Shown one piece after another: positions 54,027 through 61,082 of a stretch of DNA of 61,082 nucleotides. Location: NCBI GenBank assembly GCA_018883425.1, contig VFQY01000005.1:1-61082 (forward strand). The letters run 5' to 3'. Each line of letters starts with the position of its first letter. Position 1 is the first letter of the stretch. The position numbers and the translations under genes were made by a program. The DNA is from Candidatus Omnitrophota bacterium. GTDB lineage: Bacteria; Omnitrophota; Omnitrophia; Omnitrophales; Aquincolibacteriaceae. The notes under the pieces were generated by a model that ran no database searches, had not been told where the DNA came from, and saw nothing but the letters and a program-made list of their open reading frames with translations.

Positions 54027-55925
54027 CTAACTTCGAACCCGCTTACTCCGTCCCTTTGCCCGGGGATTCTTTTCCTGGGGAGCGGCGGCTCGGCCGGTCC
54101 GCCGATGGAGGCTGAGGATTTCCGCATTGACCGCGAGTTCGTTCATCTCTTCGAGCGAAACCGGCAGGACAAAGCTCCAGTTCTGCGGACCTACACTGCC
54201 GGGGAAATTAATCCTGGAATTCCAGGAATCCCGCAAAAGATATCCGCCCGCACTCAGATAATCATGAATCAGCTGAACACTGAAAACAGAAAAACTCTCG
54301 GAGGCCTTCTCCAAAGCAAGCATCACGATTTTTTCTAGTGCAGGCTCCCCGGACTCATGCCAGCCGAGATACTCCAAAAATTTTCTTTTTTCAGTGAAAG
54401 AATCGCGGCAAAGTCCTGTCAGACCGGAGATCTCCTGCTCCGGCCGTTCAGCGGCGGCAGCCAAATCCGCCGTTGATCGGATCGTACTCTTCCATCGCAA
54501 ACGTCCGTAAAGGCGGCCGTCAAACACCCGCGAGCTCAAGCTTTCGAAATCCAAACCGTGCTCTGCACACTTCTTTTTAAAGAGCCATTCATCGACCGTT
54601 CCGGCCTCAAACTCCCACCAGGCGGCAAGAATCGGCATATCGTGCGTGGAAATCACCGCGCAGGAACACGGCCGATACTCCTCCGGCTCTTTGAAAGAGC
54701 CTCCGCTTTCCCATCGGCGGTTCCATCTTTGAACATCCATGCCGGGTATGGCAAAACGGTGAAGAACATCCACAGCGCAGGGAGGAACGACGCCAAGGTC
54801 CTCGGCGCACGGCAGCATAAGACTCGGCTGTATCATTTGCGACAAAATAACTCTTCCGTGTTCTTCCCAGAGATTTTCATCTTCGGGATCGAAGCTTCCG
54901 TGAAGGCCTGCGTTGGCATAGGGTTCATCCCCGGCGATCGTCCACAGACGGAAAAGACCCACCACGTGATCGATGCGGAAGAGGTCAAAAAACTTCGCGG
55001 CATACCGCACTTTGGCGCGGACATAATCGTAGTCCCTCGCCCGGATATTCGCCCAGCGGTAGGGCGGCATCCCCCACCTTTGGCCCTCAGCAATATAGGC
55101 ATCAGGCGGGGCTCCCGAGACACGGTCGAGTTTAAAATAATCCTGATTCTGCCAAACGTCCGCGCTGTCGCGGGAAACCAGAAAAGGCAAGTCGCCCATC
55201 ATCAGAACTCCGCGCGATTGGGCATACTGATGGGCATCGGAAAACTGAACCGCTAACTGCCATTGCAGCCACTGATGAAAAAGAACACGCTCTGAATTTT
55301 CACTCTCAAAAACCGAAAGCGCCTCCCCGGTCCCGGCGCGGTAGGAGTCCGGCCATCCTTCCCATCCGCTTTCCGGAAACTTTTCTTTCAGAACCTTGAA
55401 GAGCGCGTAGGGCCTCAGCCAAAAAGACTGTTCATCTCTGAATTGAGAGAAGGCCTCGGGAAAGCGGCCTTCGCAGGATCGGAACATTGCAAAGAAGAGC
55501 TCCAGTTTGGCGGCCTTGATTGCGTAATCCACGCGGCCGCGGCCGCAGGGAAATGCCGCGCGCAGGGCCTGGATCTGCGCCCTGAAACCTTTCGGGGAAA
55601 TGCCCTGAAGATCGTCTGCCCTCAGAAACATGGGCTCGAAGGCAAAGGTGCTTTGCGCGTCGTAGGGTCTGAAATCAAACCCCACATCGTTCATAGGCAG
55701 AAGCTGAATAATCGAGTTGCCCGTTTTGACGCACCAATCCGCAAGCAGCTTCAAATCCGGAATCTCTCCGACTCCCGAGGAGGATGCTGAATAAAGGGAA
55801 AAAAGAGGGGCGTTGACTCCGGCCCGGCGGCGCACGCCGATCGCCTCCCATTGCGCTCCGCAGACGGATGAAGCGAAAGCATCGTAAAGGCCCGCATAAC
55901 GGTCACCTGCTTGAGAGAGATTCAT
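54027..55925 (-). CDS. malQ: 4-alpha-glucanotransferase (amylomaltase, GH77)
   Basis: ATG 55925 (GAGGA 5 nt upstream) avoids overlap with the DHH gene. Motifs: QLLPMNDVG, FRIDHVVGLFRLW, MMGDLPFLVSRDSADVW, GAPPDAY...GQRWGMPPY. Confidence 0.92.
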   Translation of the reverse strand: MNLSQAGDRYAGLYDAFASSVCGAQWEAIGVRRRAGVNAPLFSLYSASSSGVGEIPDLKLLADWCVKTGNSIIQLLPMNDVGFDFRPYDAQSTFAFEPMFLRADDLQGISPKGFRAQIQALRAAFPCGRGRVDYAIKAAKLELFFAMFRSCEGRFPEAFSQFRDEQSFWLRPYALFKVLKEKFPESGWEGWPDSYRAGTGEALSVFESENSERVLFHQWLQWQLAVQFSDAHQYAQSRGVLMMGDLPFLVSRDSADVWQNQDYFKLDRVSGAPPDAYIAEGQRWGMPPYRWANIRARDYDYVRAKVRYAAKFFDLFRIDHVVGLFRLWTIAGDEPYANAGLHGSFDPEDENLWEEHGRVILSQMIQPSLMLPCAEDLGVVPPCAVDVLHRFAIPGMDVQRWNRRWESGGSFKEPEEYRPCSCAVISTHDMPILAAWWEFEAGTVDEWLFKKKCAEHGLDFESLSSRVFDGRLYGRLRWKSTIRSTADLAAAAERPEQEISGLTGLCRDSFTEKRKFLEYLGWHESGEPALEKIVMLALEKASESFSVFSVQLIHDYLSAGGYLLRDSWNSRINFPGSVGPQNWSFVLPVSLEEMNELAVNAEILSLHRRTGRAAAPQEKNPRAKGRSKRVRS

Positions 55926-55932
55926 CGCATCC

Positions 55933-56997
55933 TCACGCCTTGGCTCGAAAGGGATAAACAAATTCGAAGCGCTTGGGAATCCTTAAACGTCCGCAGAGGC
56001 TCTGGGTGAGGAGTTTCTCGATTTCGTTCCAGATAGATTCCTGATCCTCCGCGCCGACATCGAAACTCCCGCCGGCGATACCCCCGTGCCCTCCGGCTTC
56101 TCCGCGGTTCGCAAAAATATCGCGAAGCACCGGAGCCACCTCCATTTTGGCTCGGGCGGCCCGCAGCGAAACTTGAAGCCGGCCGTTATAACGGCCCGTG
56201 CAAAAAGAAAAATTCGCGCCCTGATAAGTCAGCAGGAAATCGGCAACCTGCGCGGTCAGATCTGGATTCTCGATTTGACCCAGATGGCTGACGATCAAGC
56301 CCCTCATCACCATCGCATTCTGAATGCCTTTGGCGAGCGTCGAGAAAAAGCGGCGCGAGCGTTTCGGATTTTGAATCTTGGCGAGGGCCCGCATGTCGCA
56401 GAAGGGCAGGAGATCGAGATAGGTGTCGACGACGTGGCCGTCAGGCGCGCGGTAAAGATTGAGCGTGTCAGAGAGAATTCCGTAAGCAAGCGCCGTTGCT
56501 ACGCGCACGGGAATGACCCGGCCGGTCAATAAAAGCGCGCGCGCCAGAATGGCGCAGGTCGCACCGCACTCTTCGTCAATAATCGTGAGCTCTGCCGAGG
56601 GCTTGGTCAGAGGGGGATGCTGATCAATGACGATGGCGGCTTTTCTGTTTTTAGGGAATGAATTGTTTTCGAATTCCGGCTGTGTATCGACCAGCACCAC
56701 GTTGGCGTAGCGTTTAAGGTCAGAGGGCTTTAGGCGGTGAACAGGAAGTCTGAGAATCTGCACCATCGCGCGGTTTTCCGTGCGCCCGATGATGCCCCCG
56801 TACACAACTCGGGATTGAATGGCAAAGCCTTCCTGGGCCAAATGCTGAAGCGCCACAGCGCTGGCGATGGCGTCCGGGTCCGGGTAGTCATGCGTCAAAA
56901 TCAGCAGCGGTGAAAGGCTGCTTTTTCTCTCTTCCAGAAAAGAAAGAATTTTTTTGGCATGCCGGTTTAATCCTGACCGGGCTTTTTGCGATGTCAA
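55933..56997 (-). CDS. DHH/DHHA1-family phosphoesterase (NrnA / stand-alone c-di-AMP-pApA phosphodiesterase-like)
   Basis: 354 aa. HDYPDPDAIASA (motif I/II), VIDQHP (DHH position) and GGHGGIAGG (DHHA1 GGGH-type). Confidence 0.75.
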   Translation of the reverse strand: MTSQKARSGLNRHAKKILSFLEERKSSLSPLLILTHDYPDPDAIASAVALQHLAQEGFAIQSRVVYGGIIGRTENRAMVQILRLPVHRLKPSDLKRYANVVLVDTQPEFENNSFPKNRKAAIVIDQHPPLTKPSAELTIIDEECGATCAILARALLLTGRVIPVRVATALAYGILSDTLNLYRAPDGHVVDTYLDLLPFCDMRALAKIQNPKRSRRFFSTLAKGIQNAMVMRGLIVSHLGQIENPDLTAQVADFLLTYQGANFSFCTGRYNGRLQVSLRAARAKMEVAPVLRDIFANRGEAGGHGGIAGGSFDVGAEDQESIWNEIEKLLTQSLCGRLRIPKRFEFVYPFRAKA

Positions 56998-57017
56998 TTT
57001 TGACTCCTCGGACAGAT

Positions 57018-57566
57018 CTAAAATCCGCCTTTTTTTTCTTTGTACTCACGCAGAAGCCGGTGAATATCCCCGTCGGCTCCCCGAAGAATCTGCGCCCCCG
57101 TAAAAATGAGGACCGAGAACTGCCAAACATCCTCAGGACCGGCAATTAACCCGGTGTCAAGATCCTCGGCTCGCTGAAACTGTCCTTGAAAATGATCGAT
57201 AGCAGCCTGAAGCCTTCCGTCATAGACCGAGAGGCTCTCGGAAGCATGGTTAAAACGCATGGAGGGAAAATGAACGCCTCGGATCAGGAGAAAGTCCATG
57301 AAGGTTCCGGCCTCTGCACGCATCGATGCGTCCCACTCAAAGCCCTCGAATTGCTGACAATTCGGAGGCAGGATCAGAGAAGGTTTCTCAACAACCACAT
57401 GTCCCCGCCGCACGAGCGTTCCGGAAGCAGCGCTTGAAAGTTCTGAGAGGAACACATACGGCATGCGCGTCGCTTGAAAAGTTTCCAGCGGACGAACCCG
57501 CGAACGGACGATCTCCGTTCTCCGGAGAGCGCTTTCCCACTTTTTTTCAGTATCGGAATTTTCCAT
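57018..57566 (-). CDS. hypothetical protein
   Basis: The track ORF begins with TTG at 57593. The first ATG is 57566. Either start overlaps the nnrD stop (57547). No motif recognised. Coding is supported only by ORF length and its tight operon position. Confidence 0.45.
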   Translation of the reverse strand: MENSDTEKKWESALRRTEIVRSRVRPLETFQATRMPYVFLSELSSAASGTLVRRGHVVVEKPSLILPPNCQQFEGFEWDASMRAEAGTFMDFLLIRGVHFPSMRFNHASESLSVYDGRLQAAIDHFQGQFQRAEDLDTGLIAGPEDVWQFSVLIFTGAQILRGADGDIHRLLREYKEKKGGF

Positions 57567-58446
57567 TTTTTTTCCGCTTTGCCGATTTTCCAAAAATATA
57601 CTGAAAGGCCTCGGGCAGGGCCTCCGCGATGTCTCCGGCGATCAAACTGATCTGTCCTTTGGTTTCCGCGGCGAGATCGCCGGCTAAGCCATGAACATAC
57701 GCACCCCTGCGCGCGGCTTCAAAGCTGCTCAACCCCTGCGCCAAAAGTGCGGCAATGACCCCGGTCAGGACATCTCCGGAGCCTGCGGTCGCCATCCCGG
57801 GATTGCCGGTCCGATTGATTGCCGTGTGTCCGCTGGGATCGGCAATCACGGTGTGATGCCCTTTCAGCACAATCACACACCCGGTCACTCGGGCGGCTTT
57901 TTTCGCGGCAGACCGTCTGCCTTCAGTTCCCCTGAGCGGGACCGCGCCGAACAGCCGCGAAAACTCCCCCTCATGCGGCGTCAGGACTGCAGGAAAATCG
58001 CGGTCCTTGAGAAGCTTGATCCTTCCCTGGAGGACGTTGAGAGCATCCGCATCAAGGACCAGCGGTCCCTTCCACTTTTTCAGCAGCGCCTCGATTAATT
58101 TCCTCACGCCGCTTGCCCCGGAAAGCCCGGGTCCGGCTGCAACCACATGCTGGGAGCGCGCAAAGTCTAGGACCGGTTTGACAGCCGCTGAACTCATCGC
58201 GCCTCCTCGGGAGGAGGGAAACGCTCGGACCATCACTTCAGTCTCCCTCCGGGCAAGAATCCCGTAAACTTTTTCAGGCACTCCAAGCGTCACAAGTCCG
58301 GCTCCCGACCGAAGCGCTCCGACACCTGCCAGATGCGCGGCGCCCGCATATCCCTTAGAACCGGCAAGGATCAGCACCCTGCCGAAGTCGCCTTTGTGAG
58401 AGCGGGCCGGTCTTCGGCCGATCGATCGAAAAGTCTTGATCTTCAA
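57547..58446 (-). CDS. nnrD: ADP-dependent NAD(P)H-hydrate dehydratase (YjeF C-terminal domain type)
   Basis: 299 aa. KGDFGRVLILAGSKGYAGAAHLAG, LVLDADAL, and GSGDVLTGVIAALLAQG. Confidence 0.9.
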   Translation of the reverse strand: MKIKTFRSIGRRPARSHKGDFGRVLILAGSKGYAGAAHLAGVGALRSGAGLVTLGVPEKVYGILARRETEVMVRAFPSSRGGAMSSAAVKPVLDFARSQHVVAAGPGLSGASGVRKLIEALLKKWKGPLVLDADALNVLQGRIKLLKDRDFPAVLTPHEGEFSRLFGAVPLRGTEGRRSAAKKAARVTGCVIVLKGHHTVIADPSGHTAINRTGNPGMATAGSGDVLTGVIAALLAQGLSSFEAARRGAYVHGLAGDLAAETKGQISLIAGDIAEALPEAFQYIFGKSAKRKKNGKFRY

Positions 58447-58466
58447 GTCCCTTCCTTCCGAATGAA

Positions 58467-59219
58467 TCAGCGCCCCGCCGCCCGGAGAACCTGCTTCATC
58501 TCCCGCACCGCGCGCCGCATCCCGACACTCAGAGCTCGCGCGACAATCGAATGACCAATATTGACCTCTTCGATTTCAAGGATACGGCAAATAGCCGCCG
58601 TATTCCGATAATCCAGGCCGTGTCCGGCATGAACCATGAGACCAAGTTTTCGGGCCAGGCGGGCAGAATTGCGGATCCGTAAAAGTTCCTTTTTTTGCTT
58701 CGCTCCCGAAGCTTCGGCGTAAGTGCCGGTATGAAGCTCAACCGCATCCGCACCGAGAGCTGCCGCGGCACGGATCTGAATTTCATCGGGGGCGATGAAT
58801 AAGCTGACCGAGATGCCCTTGTCTCGCAATGCCGCGATCACCGGCCTAAGACGTTTTTTCTGGGCTGCCGCGTGAAGACCGCCCTCGGTCGTCAGCTCGC
58901 GCCGCCTCTCGGGGACAAGACAAACCTTTTCGGGTTTATAGCTGAGGGCGATTTTTACGATCGCGGGGTTCAGGGCCATCTCCAGATTGATGGGTACGCC
59001 GGCTTTTCTGCGGACGGGCTCGAGATCTGAATCCTGGATGTGGCGGCGATCCTCTCGCAAATGGATCGTAATTTGATCGGCACCGCCCAACACGGCCTCT
59101 CGGGCGGCTTCGGCAGGGTCGGGGTTAAAACCCAGACGGGCCTGCCTGACAGTGGCCACGTGATCAATGTTAACCCCCAGAAAAATCTGCCTCCGAGGCT
59201 GAGCTGCACGTGCCGTCAT
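58467..59219 (-). CDS. pdxJ: pyridoxine 5'-phosphate synthase
   Basis: 250 aa. LGVNIDHVATVRQAR, HLREDRRHI, ELHTG, and VHAGHGL. Confidence 0.95.
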   Translation of the reverse strand: MTARAAQPRRQIFLGVNIDHVATVRQARLGFNPDPAEAAREAVLGGADQITIHLREDRRHIQDSDLEPVRRKAGVPINLEMALNPAIVKIALSYKPEKVCLVPERRRELTTEGGLHAAAQKKRLRPVIAALRDKGISVSLFIAPDEIQIRAAAALGADAVELHTGTYAEASGAKQKKELLRIRNSARLARKLGLMVHAGHGLDYRNTAAICRILEIEEVNIGHSIVARALSVGMRRAVREMKQVLRAAGR

Positions 59220-59227
59220 AAGCGCGT

Positions 59228-60166
59228 TTAACCCTTGGCTTTCTTCAGACTGACTTTGACTTTGAGGTCTGAGCCTTCTTTAAGCGTCACCTCTTCCGGA
59301 AGCATGAGTTCCGCGGCGGTCTCATGGGTTCCGGTCTCGAGCTTCGAGACATCGATAAACATCATGACTTTGGAAGGCTCCAGCTTTTCGAGTTTTCTCT
59401 TAGAGCCTTTCAAGGTAAAACTCAGAGTTTCGGGCGTGAGCTCGATCGCCCGGTCTTCTTCGGGAGATTTCAAGACTCGGATTGCGACGTTCTCAAAGAG
59501 CTTCTCATCAAAAACTTCTTTGATGGGAACAAAAACATCGATCACCGACTCACTCTTCGCCTTCACGTTCGAGGGCAGTTCGAGTTCCACATTGCGCCGG
59601 AAAGATCGGATACGGCCCACAAGATCGATGGGTTTGGTTTTTACAGCGCTGTATTTCTCAAGCTGGGCCTTGGGTCCTTGAATCAAGATGGCGTTAGGAT
59701 TCAGCTCAAGCTCCTCGTCCTGAACTTTGTAGCCGAAGGCCGGTTCGCCGGAAAAATTGGCTTTGACTTCGAGCTTTTGCGTAATCAATTCGTCAAGCGT
59801 CACCTGGACAATTTCCGGAGACATTTTGACGATGCGGATATAGGGCGTAGGAAGGTCGATCTCCCGCGGCTCAAGACGGAACGAATATTCCCCCGCAGTT
59901 TTAACTTCGGCTCCGATTTCGTGCGACGCGGCAATTTGCTCTGAAGCAATCTTGGAAAGCATACTGCGGGGAGCCATCATCGTCACCTGAATGCTTTCGG
60001 CGGAAACACTGAGCACGCTCATCTGTTCGTTGTGAACCTTGAGCTTCAAAGGCACCGTGCGGGTAATTTCGATGCCTTCCTCGCCCACAGCGTAATACCA
60101 GAGCCCCATCGCCAAAATCAGGGAAATGATTTTCAATCCCGTGTCCCGCGCAAGCCAGGCTTTCAT
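59228..60166 (-). CDS. cdaR: YbbR-domain protein (CdaA regulator CdaR-like)
   Basis: 312 aa. N-terminal TM (LKIISLILAMGLWYYAV) followed by repeated YbbR-like beta modules. 4-nt overlap with cdaA. Confidence 0.8.
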   Translation of the reverse strand: MKAWLARDTGLKIISLILAMGLWYYAVGEEGIEITRTVPLKLKVHNEQMSVLSVSAESIQVTMMAPRSMLSKIASEQIAASHEIGAEVKTAGEYSFRLEPREIDLPTPYIRIVKMSPEIVQVTLDELITQKLEVKANFSGEPAFGYKVQDEELELNPNAILIQGPKAQLEKYSAVKTKPIDLVGRIRSFRRNVELELPSNVKAKSESVIDVFVPIKEVFDEKLFENVAIRVLKSPEEDRAIELTPETLSFTLKGSKRKLEKLEPSKVMMFIDVSKLETGTHETAAELMLPEEVTLKEGSDLKVKVSLKKAKG

Positions 60167-61044
60167 GACTCCTGCCTCGGGTTAAAGAGCGTCCAGTTCT
60201 TTTTGATGAAATCACCTATCGATGACGGGCTCTGAGCCGTTTCGTGTCTGAAAAGACTGAGCAGAACCCGCTTTAACCCCTCCGGATCGAGGTCCCTCGT
60301 CAGTTTACCGTGAACCGAAACCGATATCGCCCCTGTTTCTTCGGAAACGATCACGCAAACAGCATCGCTTTCTTCCGTCAACCCAATCGCGGCCCTGTGC
60401 CGGGTACCCAGTGAGCGCGAGATGTCTGGACTCTGACTGAGCGGAAAAAGAGAACCGCAGGAAGCAATACGGCTGCCCTGGATGATGACACCTCCGTCAT
60501 GGGTCGGAGTGTTCGGCGTGAAAAGGGTAATCAAAAGCTCAGCGCTGATTTTGGCATCCAGCCCGATACCGCCCTCGATGTAATTCTTAAGACCAATGTC
60601 GCGTTCAATCGCCAGGAGCGCGCCGATGCGCTTGCGTGAAAATAATTCGCATGCCTGAACCACTTCATCGACGGTTCCGCCCTTTTTCAGAAAAGCTCCC
60701 TGGAAGGTGTTTTGCCCGATGCGCGCGAGCGCGCGGCGGAGTTCCGGCTGAAAAATAATCAGAAGGGCCACGACACCGACAGCGAAAAGCTTGGTAAGCA
60801 CCCAGTTGATGGTGTAAAGACCGAACCACTTCGCCAAGTTAAAAATGACCGCCAAAATGAGCAAGCCCAGCAACGCCAGGAATCGGTTGCGGGCGACCCG
60901 CTTCTCATAGCGAAGCGGTCGCAGACCCTGGATGCTGCCGGCCGCGAGGTATTGAACCATCTTAGGGTTGTTTGACGTGGGGCCGGAAAGGTGGCTGGTG
61001 AAGCGGCGCCAAGCCGAGACCAGATCGTACTTCCGCACACCCAA
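60163..61044 (-). CDS. cdaA: diadenylate cyclase (c-di-AMP synthase)
   Basis: TM helices then a DAC domain: IFQPELRRALARIG, GALLAIERD, HDGGVIIQG, LGTRHRAAIGLTEESDA, SEETGAISV. The start is uncertain. The track start is TTG 61044, the frame stays open to the window edge, and the first ATG is 60960. Confidence 0.88.
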   Translation of the reverse strand: MGVRKYDLVSAWRRFTSHLSGPTSNNPKMVQYLAAGSIQGLRPLRYEKRVARNRFLALLGLLILAVIFNLAKWFGLYTINWVLTKLFAVGVVALLIIFQPELRRALARIGQNTFQGAFLKKGGTVDEVVQACELFSRKRIGALLAIERDIGLKNYIEGGIGLDAKISAELLITLFTPNTPTHDGGVIIQGSRIASCGSLFPLSQSPDISRSLGTRHRAAIGLTEESDAVCVIVSEETGAISVSVHGKLTRDLDPEGLKRVLLSLFRHETAQSPSSIGDFIKKNWTLFNPRQES

Positions 61045-61082
61045 GTCATTGAAGTGGGGATCCTGTGCGGACGGAGTGGGCG

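Noticed and set aside
54558-55256. 232-aa plus-strand ORF.
   Set aside because: It is antisense to malQ (GH77 motifs are present on the minus strand). The same reasoning applies to 21728-22390, 7829-8446, 17617-18204, 59324-59944 and 43087-43461.
61046-61082. Possible 3' end of a further minus-strand gene (...AHSVRTGSPLQ stop) upstream of cdaA.
   Set aside because: Only 12 codons are visible, which is too short to support any call. The cdaA frame is also open here.

Overview
This is a gene-dense 61-kb chromosomal window from a bacterium with an outer membrane (FadL-type porin, RseP and lipoproteins are present). The taxon cannot be fixed from sequence alone. I call 58 protein-coding genes, 53 of them on the minus strand. 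Many have 1-4-nt stop/start overlaps, so they form long co-directional operons. I also call 4 tRNA genes (Gly-GCC, Leu-TAG, Lys-CTT, Phe-GAA), two unusual repeat structures inside the tRNA cluster, and a few promoter and terminator candidates. I see no rRNA, CRISPR array, transposase, integrase, phage genes or recognisable defence genes.

Most content is housekeeping:
- Cofactor metabolism: pdxH and pdxJ.
- Translation and RNA: truD, proS, orn.
- Envelope and isoprenoid block: rseP-dxr-cdsA-uppS.
- purA, serA plus an aminotransferase, and tig-clpP.
- Rrf2-cysTWA sulfate uptake, a ROK kinase, malQ, dinB, and cdaA-cdaR.
- A two-component pair, an ECF sigma module, TPR proteins and several thiol-redox proteins.

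Non-ordinary content:
- A 4.9-kb gene encodes a 1,628-aa secreted protein with no recognisable catalytic domain. Its mature part has exactly four tight cysteine pairs in a duplicated module, a ~200-aa coiled-coil-like segment and four ~61-aa C-terminal repeats. A DsbA-like/MauE-like pair and an AT-rich region with a G8 tract lie upstream on the same strand.
- A 4-copy 61-bp tandem repeat abuts the 3' end of tRNA-Leu.
- A perfect 76-bp direct repeat duplicates the 5' 13 nt plus leader of tRNA-Lys.
- A Sir2 / HExxH-peptidase / ATP-grasp operon has unknown function.
- VKOR, DinB and a MORN-repeat protein are translationally coupled.
- An M48-like lipoprotein carries a broken HExxH motif.

Everything rests on reading the ORF track, motifs and the DNA by eye. 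No database search or numeric composition analysis was run.
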